DNA of 59,336 nucleotides, the filler included, from Bipalium vagum (taxonomy: Eukaryota), in assembly GCA_037834085.1 (NCBI GenBank). It is 3 parts of 3 records of this genome, joined end to end, with 100 filler letters (N's around TTAATTAATTAA, not from the genome) between each part and the next. Parts side by side here need not be neighbours in the genome. Positions count along the whole stretch, not along the records: positions 1 to 17,681 come from JBBMKC010056170.1; positions 17,782 to 33,761 come from JBBMKC010135000.1; 1 more part is not named here. One strand, written 5' to 3'. This document shows positions 11,899 to 23,540 of this stretch, piece after piece (the first letter of the stretch is position 1; every line of letters starts with the position of its first letter). The notes beneath the pieces are model-generated. The model did not search any database, was not told the origin of the DNA, and worked only from the letters and a program-made list of their open reading frames with translations. The position numbers were made by a program, and so were the translations under genes.

Positions 11899-13105
11899 CA
11901 GTCCCCGTCAAAAGTCTGAGCCCACCTTCAAAAATTGAATTGATTTTATTATTTATCCATTGGCATGACATCAATTTATATATAGGTATTTATATAACTC
12001 TGACCTATATCAATTTATTGTTTTTTCATGAATATTGCATAATTATCAATATTATTCTTGTCGAATAAATACTTTTGTTTAAATAATGGCTGAATTATAT
12101 ACTGAAAAATTGCTCAAATTTTGATTTTGCGCGGAGACAAATTGCGACGAGAATGAATGTGTCAATGTTCGACGTTCAATTCAACGATATGACTTGGATA
12201 AATCATTCAAGTTCAAGCAACGATGTGGAAGGAAATTAGATCACAACTTCCTCCAGATGCACCAGTAAGTCCCATTTCTCGACGACAGACACGATTTCTT
12301 GTTGTATTCCAGGAGGCCTGCAAAGTAGCCGAGACTTTCTTTAAAGAATGTTAAAGACCGCCTTCTCTTTTGTAACAAATATAAGAATTGGAAGCCCACA
12401 GATTGTCACAAGGTTATTTTTTCAGACGAATGTAAGATCCAGAAATTCTCTCCCAATAATATACGCGTTTGAGACTTGACGGCACAAGGTTTGATCCAAA
12501 ATATCTGTCAAGAATGTAAAACATTCTCCTTCCGTTATCGTCTGGTCATCAATGTCATATGATGGTGTGGGTAATTTATGTTTTGTTCCTGCTGGTAAAA
12601 CTATTAGATCTACGGAGTACATCGACATATTAAACCAACACCTTCTGCCAATTGAAACTGGTAAAATCTTTCAGCATGATGGGGCCACTTGTCATACAGC
12701 CAAGGCCATAAAAGAATTTATCTTTCTTAAAAATATGGAGGTACTTTGTCCATGGCCTGGAAATTCCCCGACCTATCACCAATTGAAAACTGCTGGTCCG
12801 AATTGAAGAAAAAAGTCTCATATCTCAATTCAACATCAATTAATGACCTAAAAATGAAAATTAATAGTGTGGAGAAATTATATCTCGTCTGACTATTGAA
12901 AACATTTAATTGATTCAGTGCCTAATCGTATTGCGGCAGTCATTAAAGCTAAGGACAGATCACAAAATATTAAATTTTTTATAATGTTCATTCATGATAA
13001 ATGTTGTACATAATATATACATTTTTTGGAATTAATACGTCTTCTCAAATGTACAATAGGGATTTACATTTTTTGAAGATGGGCTCAGACTTTTGACGGG
13101 GACTG
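11899..13105 (+). mobile_element. Tc1-like element with both TIRs (1207 bp), disrupted transposase
   Basis: 36-bp TIRs CAGTCCCCGTCAAAAGTCTGAGCCCA(C/T)CTTCAAAAA with 1 mismatch, and TA on both flanks. Motifs VIFSDEC, FQHDGATCH and WPGNSP/DLSPIENCW indicate DD34E type, with frameshifts. Confidence 0.95.
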
Positions 13106-13199
13106 TATATACCAGTATATTGTGTTCGATAAAATGTTACTTTAAACAATTTTCTTTTTTGAATCTGTTAGGTTAAAAAGAGACTATTGATTATTGATT

Positions 13200-13680
13200 A
13201 CAGAAGACGAGAAGATTATTTTTTACATAGTATTTTCCATTTATTTTTATGACGACGCTGATAGATTTACCCAGGGGACCCAGCAAGTTTGGGAATCCCT
13301 AGGTGACCTGAAAGGACCTAGAGGACGCCCCGGGGACTCCTTGTCGCTCCTGGTGAGGTTATTTTAGATTTTCTTTAATTTTCTTTTTGAGATTTTTAAT
13401 TATTATTTGTTTGTCATTTTGTTGGAATTTATAGTCATAAATTTTTTTTATCGTTATTATTATTTGTATTTATTTGTGATAATTTGTTATTAAGAAAAGG
13501 TGACTTATTGTTATATTTTTATTGACATTGGATCAGTGGATTACGTGATTTCGAGACACTTTATTATTTGACGGATTGAGATTTTTGTGTTTTTTGATTC
13601 AATTTTGGGTGCGAATAAGGTTCTATGGTGAGGGTTTTTGATTTAATTTGTGTAACTGCAAAAAATGAAGCGAACACAAC
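13200..13680 (+). repeat. Solo-LTR-like segment (putative)
   Basis: GC-rich core at 13250-13360 ends in CTGGTGAG and is followed by a long T-rich tract. Boundaries are approximate. Confidence 0.3.
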
Positions 13681-14003
13681 ATTAGAAATAATAATATTTT
13701 CAACAAATTACTGCTTAAAACAACAAATAATTGCTCATTTTCACCATGTCCGATTTCCATATCGTTCAGATCGATCTTTGACAAAATTACCAAGACAAAA
13801 TTTTAAAGTTACTTGTTTCAGTTTAAGGTATAATAGTAAAAAATTTTGATTTAATTATTACCTTAATTATAAATATTAGAGGAAATAAAATTATCTCTAG
13901 CAAATTAAATAATAATAATAATAACGTCATTTTTTATTCATTAAAAAATTATTTTTGTATTAAAATAAAATACTTTGTATAAATATTAAAGAATGAAACT
14001 TTA

Positions 14004-16301
14004 TTAAAAATAAAATATATTCATTGTGTATTTATCATAGTGGCTTTTATTAAAAATTATTATATAATACTTTTTCTCTTCAACTTCCTTGTCAGCTTTT
14101 TGTTTCCTTCTCAATTGCAGCTTTTGTTTTGGAGTTAAAGCTGTAGTCTCGTCGGCCACTGTCGCGTCGCTCAGAATTTTCAAATTGACTGACTCCAACC
14201 TAACAATCATTGAATGAAGAGAAATGATTGTTAAAAAAATATACATAAAATTCGAGATATCCTCGATATCCCTTTTTACTAAAGTTGCACTCAGATCAAT
14301 ATTTTTGGAAATATCAATCCAAGGATCCTGGCATTATAATAATATATTACTTGAGAAAATAATAATACTAAACTTTAAGTGTTCTCTCAATATAAGGAAA
14401 TGATAGAATATCTTGAGCACTCGGACGAATCATTGGATCTTTTATAAGAATTCTTTAATAAACAATAAGAAATATATCAAAAAACAAATATTATTATTTA
14501 CTTTTCTATTATCTCTTGTAAATTTTCACTGTATAAAGTTGGTATTTTTGGACAAGACTCATTCAAAATTTTCACCATGACTCCCATTAAATTTTGACTT
14601 TCAAATGGATGTTGTAAAGAACACATTTCATAGAGAATAATTCCCGCCGACCTAAATTTGAAAAATTTAATATATAAAATAAAATTTATTTTAAAAATAT
14701 TTGTGACTCTAGATAAATGAAACATAAAACTTACCAAATTGAGTTCATAAATAAAAGAACATATTTATTATTGTAATTTTTCGGTAAAAATAATTATTAT
14801 TATTATTCACTCAATTATTCACCATAGAGCAAGGTAAAGTAGAGATTTATAACTTTTGCAAGTTCCAGCTTTCTGGTTCAGTAAATAAACGTTAACATTA
14901 ACATTTCACAGACAGCAATAAACCAAAAATTTAAAACTGACTCAACCTGATCATCTTTACCACATCGGTTTCTTTTGATTTTGATTTTGATATTGTTATT
15001 ATTTCTTGAGGTCTTTATATATATGTTCTTTATTTTTAAGAATCTTACACAGCCATGGCTGTGAAATTTTCAATATTTCAGCTGCAGCACGTCCCATTTT
15101 GACAAATTTAAGATAGTTTTCTAAGATTTAAATCTTTTCTTATCTTTATATTTGCTGCCATTTTAAATTATGAAACGGCCTTTATTGTACTTTAAAATTT
15201 TTAAAGATTATTTTGAGCAAATAGAACTTCCCACAAAAGTATATATTTTCAATCAAAATTTCATTTGTAACTGTGCATTTTTCGACATATCGGGTTGAAA
15301 TTTTAAGGTATCTACTTTGCCTGTAAAAAATTTCATGGCTTCTAAAGCATCAATTTATTGACTATTGACAATTATTTTTAATGATTTTGCAAAATCATTT
15401 CAACATTGACATTGATCTTTATCTTCNNNNNNNNNNNNNNNNNNNNNNNNNNNNNNNNNNNNNNNNNNNNNNNNNNNNNNNNNNNNNNNNNNNNNNNNNN
15501 NNNNNNNNNNNNNNNNNNNNNNNNNNNNNNNNNNNNNNNNNNNNNNNNNNNNNNNNNNNNNNNNNNNNNNNNNNNNNNNNNAATAGTAATGTCTAATCTA
15601 ACCAGAGATCAGAAGTATTATTGTAACCATCGTGCTTTAAAACTTCAGGACTCATGTAATACGGAGTTCCAAGAAATGTAGATGCCATGTCCATAGTGAA
15701 ACTAAGAATCCTTGAAATGCCAAAATCTCCAATTTTAACGGCACCGTACTTCATAAATATGTTGCTTAAGGAAAATTACAACGTGACTATTGATTCGACT
15801 TTATTCAATTCTACCTTGGTTTCAAATCTCGATGAAGCACTTTTCTTCTGTGAATATAATCTAAGGCTTGAACTATTTGAATGAACCAACACAATATTTT
15901 GCTCTCTTCTAAATGACTACCTTTTTGTTTGGACGAGACTAAAATTTTATTCAAATCCCCGCCCTCACAAAATTCGGTAACGATGCAATAATTATCCATA
16001 AAGCAAAACGAGTCGAAAAATTGCACAATGTGAGGATGATTTAATTTTGATAACAGCTTTCCTTCTTGCGCACATTTGTCTATTTCATCTTGTCCCATTG
16101 ATTCAATCGAAATTTCTTTTAAAACTTTAATTCTTAGAAATTTTAAAATTCTTGCATGACAATTTTTTCTTAAACTTACGATTCTTGTCCTTCAGGACCT
16201 TGAATATCTTTCACTTTATAAATAATCCCATATGCTCCTCTGCCTATCTTTTCTGATAACATATATCTATTGCCCCAGTGCCTAATTTCCTCTTTATACA
16301 T
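14004..16301 (-). CDS. NEK11: NIMA-related Ser/Thr kinase, NEK11-like
   Basis: Exons 16301-16180, 16132-15815, 15764-15603, 14651-14502, 14452-14374, 14327-14245, 14199-(14071 or 14004), phase-consistent. Kinase motifs IGRGAYG, KVLKEI, HRDLKPSNIF, DFGISRIL, GTPYYMSPE, DLWSAG, RPSA. The post-kinase LTPKQKLQLRRKQKAD resembles NEK11 TPRERMRLRKLQAAD (recalled, not searched). The 3' end is uncertain. Confidence 0.88.
14730..15270 (-). mobile_element. Probable DNA-transposon 5' fragment inside kinase intron 3
   Basis: Degraded HTH-like coding (MAANIKDKKRFK...MGRAAAEILKISQPWLC) in the only long intron of the gene. Confidence 0.4.
15427..15581. other. Assembly gap (155 N)
   Basis: Run of N inside kinase intron 3. 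The flanking exons still join in phase (TG|G = W of DLW). Confidence 0.99.
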
Positions 16302-16761
16302 AATAAATTAAAAATATAAAGAGTAGTTTAAAATAATTAATTATTCAAAACAACGATTGAATTATTCCTATATAATCACTATGGATAATATTATTTAAAC
16401 ACTAATATTATATTCAAAAAAAATAATAAATCCCATCATTTAAAGAATAATTTTAATTAGAACTAAAATTTCAAATGTGGTAAAATTAAACATAAAAAAT
16501 TTTATTTTTCAAAGAATATTTTTATTTATAATTAAAGCATATGAATTTGAATTTTATTATTATTTTTTGTAAATCTCAATTTTATATTTTAGATACAATG
16601 TTAAGTTTTGTATTGTTAGTTATATCTATAACCTTTTCTAAAATAATGTGTAGATTATTTTCTATTAGTTGCTGGGTATTCAAGAAAATGGGAAATATTA
16701 ATGATGTTAAGCTATTATTTACTATTAACGTTATCGCAAAGTTTACTGACCCCTTCACTTT

Positions 16762-17434
16762 TGTCAATACGTGTACGCGAATAAATGAATCAAGACAACT
16801 AAGATCAACACTTTATTGCTAAAATAACAAACGCAGTAAATCAAATAATCAATAAAAATGTCTTCACTCAAATGTTACAATCGTCAATCACTCTAAAAAT
16901 CAAATGTCGTGAATAATAATCAATTAAATTAAAATCAAATAATTAAATATCAATATCAATTAAATGTCAGTAAAGATTAAATATCAATTAATTTAAAAAG
17001 GAAAAAACAAAATCACGATATTCTCACCACTTGTGACGACAGGTCCAAAGGGTTGTTTGCTGAGCCCAATCCGGTCCGCTCAGAAACACCCTAACACCGC
17101 AGGACCCATCGTGAGCTTCTGTCGCATAGAGGGCATAATATATGAATTTACAATTTGGAATCCTAAAAAATCTTCGGACAACAGCAACAAATTTTAGGTC
17201 TTCCGACAAAATAAACCAAAAATAATAATTCTCAATCTCTATTCTGATAACCAAAAATAATAATTCTCGATCTCTCTTCTATTGAAATCCACTGTGGATT
17301 CAAACTCCTTATATACCATTCTGATCAGACGACTAATCAGTTGTAGATCAGCTTGATTAATGGAGAATGTCGATTCCCTTATTAGCTCGATAATTCTCTT
17401 GGGTTAGTCAAGGACATCCCTGTAAACCCTTACA
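16762..17434 (-). mobile_element. Solo-LTR-like element (about 670 bp)
   Basis: On the minus strand it begins TGTAAGGG and ends TTGACA. It contains TATATAAG (about 17310), a GC-rich core ending GTGGTGAG, a T-rich tract and AATAAA (about 16815). No direct TSD was found. Confidence 0.5.
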
Positions 17435-17681
17435 AAAGCATATGTTAGAGACCACAATAGGGTTTAGATTGGTTATTTCAAGTAATTATTAAGATTGCAA
17501 AAGGTTCAGAAATAAAATAATAATAATAATAAATTAATAATAATATTGTTAAGATCCTAAGTTGATGGATAAAAAGGATTGTCAAAAGTCGGAGCGTGTA
17601 ATGACTTAGGTCTCAACGGTTGAAGGTTGCTTTTGTACGTGTTCGTTTTTTAATTAAAATTCACTGAGAAAACGAATTTTG

Positions 17682-17781
17682 NNNNNNNNNNNNNNNNNNN
17701 NNNNNNNNNNNNNNNNNNNNNNNNNTTAATTAATTAANNNNNNNNNNNNNNNNNNNNNNNNNNNNNNNNNNNNNNNNNNNN
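17682..17781. other. Scaffold gap with artificial six-frame stop linker
   Basis: 44 N + TTAATTAATTAA + 44 N = 100 bp; identical to the construct at 33762-33861. Confidence 0.97.
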
Positions 17782-18717
17782 TTGTAATGGATTTTTGTAA
17801 TACATATTTTTCTTTATATAAAACTGATTTAAATTTTTAATGACAAAATTAAAATAACATTGTATTTAACGTTCAAATTTATTCTGAAAATATCGCACGC
17901 ACCCTGTATATATATACACATTTTTGCAGCAGTTGAAGGAATTATCAAAGCATTTTTTTGACAGTTCTTCGATTCTCTAAAGTTATCATTAAAGTTAAGT
18001 TTTTCTTTTAATTCGAAAAACGAGTAACCATTTTCTTTGCAACATTGCTAAATAAAATAAATAAATTGTAAGGAATCTAACGATTTCAAAGCTCTCATAT
18101 CTTTAAATTAATTTTAATAATTTAATAAATAATTTTTTATGCCTTTCATTTAGATATTTCTTTTCTGTAAGGCAAATTTAGAATCACAGTAAATCATCGA
18201 ATGATAATAATAATTTGAAGACATTTCTATTTCAAATGTTTACCTATTTAAAACAAGTTCATTGATTTAAATATTTCAAATGATTTTTCGTAATTCAATA
18301 TCGAATTTAATTATTATGTTTGTTATAAAACACGGATGTCACATAAAATACCAGATTAAACTAATTTTCCCAGCTCCCCAAGTAAAAAAAATATATTTTT
18401 ATAAAATTATAATATAATTTCATAATATTATGGTAAATAAATAGTAATTAATATGAATATTATGCTTTTATTAGGCAGAATATTCATTCTTTTATCAAAA
18501 TAAAGACAGTACTAATTACTAAAATAATTATAAATTAAAGAATAAATAATAATTGTATTTCTAATTTTTAAAAATAAATTTATTGGACATATTTTCTGTC
18601 ATAAAGTCATTTTTCTCGCATTAATTGATTTATTATTTCACCAATAAAATTCAAGGAGAAATTTTCCATGTTGACTTCATTTTCATCTAAATTCATAATT
18701 GGCGAAAATCCCTCTCA

Positions 18718-19830
18718 ATGATCTTATATGAATATTCAAATTCCTGTGTTGTCAACTTCACAACCACTAACTTGACAAGTCTCCAGAAACAATATAGATT
18801 ACAAGAATGGTATTTAATGACAATAATATTACCTCTTAGCTTCATTGCCGGCTTGGTAAATGGAGTATCTTTTCTGGTGTTTTGTCGACAAGTTTTTGAT
18901 AGTTCTGCTGTCCATTTTAATCTGCTAGCGATCAGCTTTGTTGAAGTCGTGTTACAATGTGTTGTAATATGTGAATCGATTTTCATAATATCTGGAACCC
19001 AAAGATATAATTACAAAGGTGTTTCTCTGACTACCACAATAATACATGTGTTTATTAATGCTATGTTTTCTATCAGAAATTGGACCGTTGTCCTAATATC
19101 CGTATCAAGATGTGAAGTCGTTCTTCGACCTATCTCGTTACGTAAAAGACTTTTTCTTCATTGTAAATGTCTAAAGACAATATGGGGTTTCATAATAATA
19201 ATATCATTCGGACTATCGGTTTTGAGATCACTGAAATTTAAAAGTGTAGTCTGTTTGAATAAATCTGGGAGACTAACTTTAAAATATCTATTAGGAAAAT
19301 ATTCATTATATTTGAGTTTAGAAGAATATGGAATGTTTTTTTTCCAATCCTGTATACCTGTTGTCGTAATTATACTGGCAACGTCGATCATATGGTATAA
19401 ATTGAGACAGAGTAAAAAGACCTTTGCCAAGAGTAGACACCTTCAATGCAAATTGATTAAATGCAGAGATAATGAGCCAGTTTCAGAAATAAGCAACATG
19501 AATACGAGACTGTTTGATTCAAAACCTGACAGAAGAGGATTTATCTCACATAAATCCAAGAATAATACTACACAAATGGTAATGATCCTTTCTTTTGTTT
19601 TTGGACTGCTTCAGCTACCCACTTTTATCATAACGTGCATTACTATGTTAAATAGGAAAAGGAAGTATCTCATTCATCCAGATATTTTTTCTAATAGTCT
19701 TTTGGTTATTGGGTCCATATTAAATGTATTCGTCTATGCTGCCAGTAGCAAACGTTTCAGACATAACTTAATAACAATGCTTCGCTCTTCTGAACAGACA
19801 TATCAAAGTCGATGTTCATATCAATTTTAA
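18718..19830 (+). CDS. Intronless rhodopsin-family (class A) orphan GPCR, 370 aa
   Basis: Single ORF with seven hydrophobic segments and N-terminal sequons (NFT, NLT). TM1 GLVN, TM3 RNWTVVLISVSRCEVVLRP (SRC in place of DRY), TM5 IP, TM6 FGLLQLP, TM7 NVFVY and helix-8 SKRFR. AATAAA lies downstream. Confidence 0.92.
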   Translation: MILYEYSNSCVVNFTTTNLTSLQKQYRLQEWYLMTIILPLSFIAGLVNGVSFLVFCRQVFDSSAVHFNLLAISFVEVVLQCVVICESIFIISGTQRYNYKGVSLTTTIIHVFINAMFSIRNWTVVLISVSRCEVVLRPISLRKRLFLHCKCLKTIWGFIIIISFGLSVLRSLKFKSVVCLNKSGRLTLKYLLGKYSLYLSLEEYGMFFFQSCIPVVVIILATSIIWYKLRQSKKTFAKSRHLQCKLIKCRDNEPVSEISNMNTRLFDSKPDRRGFISHKSKNNTTQMVMILSFVFGLLQLPTFIITCITMLNRKRKYLIHPDIFSNSLLVIGSILNVFVYAASSKRFRHNLITMLRSSEQTYQSRCSYQF

Positions 19831-20362
19831 ATACTTTGGGAGCTACATAATTAATAATGTGTATAAATAAATTTCATGTCCATGCTTATAGTTATATTAA
19901 TTTTTTTACTTAATTTTTAATAAATAAATTTTTAATCCTATCAATATAAGCAAGTAAAATTAATTAAAACTAAAAAATGAAATAATTAAAATGGTTATGA
20001 AAATTCTTTAGATTATGATTTGTTTAAATTTAATTAAATAATCCTAATTTATATAAAATAATTTTAAGAATTTATATATTAAGAAAAGTATAATTTTGAA
20101 AAGGAATTAAAGATAATATCTTAAATAGTTTGAATGATAAATATGTAAATGTATCTGAAAGAAAAGAATTAAAGTAATTATTAAAAATAATATTTAGATG
20201 TAAAAATGAAACAAAGACTGGTAAAAGAAAATTGGTTTGTTATTTAAAAAATAAAATTTTACATTTTTTTAATAACATTTTCCAAATTTTATATATTTTT
20301 TAATATATTTTTTCATTAATAGTGTCTTGATTTAAAATTGAAATATTTTCTTATTATTTATA

Positions 20363-21000
20363 CAGGGTGGTCATCCGAAAACCGGGAAATTTCAAAAAAA
20401 AATTAATTATTGTCATTATACTTTCAATTTCATTATTTATCATTTCATAATTATTGATTATTTCAGATAGCTAATTTGATGCGAGAAGGAAAAAAATTAT
20501 CAGATTTTGAAAGACAAATAATAATTCTATTTAAGACGGAAAATCCTACATGGGATCAATAAAATGTTCAAAGGTGTTTCCTGATTTTTTTGGAAAGGTT
20601 ACCAGCAATTTGATAATGCCGTTGCATGCTTTAAAGCAAATCCCTTACAAATTGCCCGGAAAATAAGAATAGGACCCCAAAATCGGATTTCTAATGAGAA
20701 ACGTAAAAATGTGAAAGCTTTAGCTTTATCACCAGTTCGTGTATGAGATATTAAAAGGAAGCACTTGCGCCAGTGAGAAAAATCCTGGGAACTAAAAATA
20801 TCAAAACATCCGTTTTTAATATCACGAAACAATATAAGCTGAAGTGCTGTAGAAGAGTAAATTGCAATTTCCTCACTCCACAGCATAAAATAATTCGTAT
20901 AAATAAGTCCTCAGCACTGGCTAATCTTTGTCTCTGGTGATTATTTCAGCAAACTAAAACTGGAGAAGTTGAGTGCACAAATGAAAGATACCGATTAAGG
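20363..21000 (+). mobile_element. Tc1/mariner-superfamily 5' remnant
   Basis: TA|CAGGGTGGTC terminus followed by degraded coding. The right end is not identifiable. Confidence 0.5.
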
Positions 21001-22869
21001 CAATATTCCAACAGGATAATTGCAGGTTTCATATTGTAAGGTAACTTCACACTATTAAAAAAAGGAAATTGCATAACATTTCATACAGACTTATTCAGTA
21101 ATATAAATTCTTATTGAATACTTACAGAAACTATTAATATTTACTTGTCCAGTTTAAATTGGTGTAATACAATTACAGACCCACAATAAATAGTTTTATG
21201 CTGTTGTCAAGGTATAATGATAAGCATATTCCAAGCCTAGGTACAATTCACACAATAGGAAAAAAAGAAAATATATTCTCACAGTGACTTAATTAAATAC
21301 TGAATGTATATTTTGTTGAAAATTCTACATTTATTTCTGTTTAAATCGAGGTTTTACAAGTTGGCTTAGTTACACGTTTGGTAAAATGAATGCAATAATT
21401 TTTTAAATGATACAACTAAATAAATACAATTAAGCAATGTGACTGGTTTAATATTTATTACCATTATTATTTAAATGATTTTAGTTAGATGATAACAGTT
21501 ATATTCTTGAGTAGTCATTTGTAAATAAGAATTCAAAGTCGAAGCAATCATAATATATTTCATTAAATCAGATTAATCAAACAAACTTTTCAAATTTGGA
21601 CCTCACCTTTTATTAAAATTAAATTATTTACTCTTTTAAAATTAACCAACATTTATTTAAAATATTTAATATAAAAATTTAAAAACGTAACATTATAATT
21701 TTTAAAAACTTTAAATTAAAAACATTTAATAATTGTTAATCTAGGCACGAGATCCTTATCTCAAAAATTCAAAATAACTAATTGTTCGAATCACTCCTTA
21801 TAATAACAAAAATAAAAATAGGGGTACAGAAGCTTAACACAGATATCTTTTAAAATTCTCTTTTGTCAAGAATAATACAAAAATGTTTAAGAAAAGCGTA
21901 CATTGAGAACGTTATTGTTTAAGTGGATTTCTGAGATCTAATTTGTATCAAATTATTAATTAAAAGACCTCTCAGATAACATTAATTCAAATTATTATAA
22001 ATTACTCAGTTTCTTTTTTATCATTCAAAATTTGAAAAATTGTATCTAATTTAAAATTAAAACTTTAATAAAACAAAAATTTTTCAATTTTAGGAAAAAA
22101 TTCTTTTGTATACATTAACCATAAATGTTACATAAATTTCGCAGAATTTCCAAATTTGCTTTTGTTAATAATTTTTTTAGTATTGATTTACAGTTAACAA
22201 ATTTCCATGTTCAATAATTTGCATTACATTAGGTAGAATAATTTACAATCACGAATTCTCGTCTAAATAATGTTAATCAAACTAAAAAGATTCTTTGAGG
22301 AATTACATTTAATTTATTTTCAAAAAAATAATATAATATGTAATGTAATAGCAAATTTTTCATCAAAAAAACAAATGGTAATAAATTTTTCATTTTGTAA
22401 AAATTTCAAATTTCATGAAATGTTTTTTTGCCAAATTATGAAAATATTTAGGTAAGCCATAAAAGTTTTTTCTTTTCAATTAAAAAGTAGAAAAGATATC
22501 ATTTCTGAAGAAGTAGCAATTTCTTATAAGCAAAAATTCAATATCAGATTCAAAGGATTTATATATATAAAATATTTATTTATATTATTATTTTAATCGA
22601 TTTCTATTAAAACTATTTTTTGTTCCCCTTTGTTAAAATAACGAGAACTGGAATAGATAATTATAATCGGATAACAGCTGATTGCTTAGAATGACTAAAT
22701 GAAAAAAGATAGAAAACAACCATGGATTCGAATCAGAAGCGCAATTAACTTTCTTTCCTCCGTCATTTTGAAGTGATAAATGAAAAAATTTGTCTGCGAC
22801 TAAATCACAACACTTACTTAAATCTTGGCACTTACTTAATTTTATTTACTTAAATTTATTCACAAAGAG

Positions 22870-23540
22870 CCATTACATTGGCAATCAATGATCTCCCATT
22901 TATTTAAGGCCAGGCTCGCCTATGCAGACGCTCTTATTCTGAGAATGAATAGAAGACTCATGTACTGCACGTTTGTAAGAGCAATCTTTCCTTAATTGAA
23001 CAGAGACATGATATTTAACTGGAAAAAACCTATAATGAACTTCAAAGACCAGAAAAACATACAATATCTAGATGTTCAAGACTCGAAAGAGAGAGTAAAC
23101 TTAATAATTACAAACGTAGAGAAGAAGATTATTTACTTGGTTGATTTAAAATGTCCAATTAACTCTTTACAAAACTTGGATATAAATGATACTAAAAAAT
23201 ATCGCAAAGTATTTGGACTTGAACAGAAAAATTAAACTGACAAAATCTGATTATAAGGTCCAACTGAAAACGCTCATTATTGGATCTCTTGGAACTATAC
23301 ATCCAGATGCAATAGGCATATTAATCAATATCTGAATTCAAAAAAGGAAATCAAGTGCACTCCTAAAGTCATGTACAATATCAAACATTGAGCAATCAGC
23401 GAAGAATTGAAACTTTCATGCTACTGGATTGAAGAAAAAAAATCAAAAAAACAAAGCTATGGCACTTGAAATTGTTTATTTAATTTATGACCCTTATGTA
23501 AATCAAATTTGTTTTATAAATAATGTTATAAAATAAGTTT
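22870..23540 (+). mobile_element. 3' end of a REL-endonuclease non-LTR retrotransposon (NeSL/R2-like), 5'-truncated and degraded
   Basis: Degenerate CCHC (CRRS...THVLHVC), then RVNLIITNVEKKIIYLVDLKCP, AKY..L, VQLKTLIIGSLGT and NFHATG. This is the restriction-like endonuclease layout. Confidence 0.75.

Noticed and set aside
15381-15681. ORFs containing X runs
   Set aside because: Artefacts of translating through an N gap.
17220-17280. Short tandem duplication AAAATAATAATTCTC(A/G)ATCTCT x2
   Set aside because: It is a local duplication inside the LTR-like element, not a separate feature.
17726-17737. Palindromic TTAATTAATTAA island between N runs (also 33806-33817)
   Set aside because: It is an identical 44N-12-44N construct that puts stops in all six frames, so it is an assembly linker and not biology.
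18693-19430. Minus-strand ORFs overlapping the GPCR, and plus-strand ORFs overlapping TFIIS and the kinase
   Set aside because: They are antisense shadows of real coding exons with no independent motifs.
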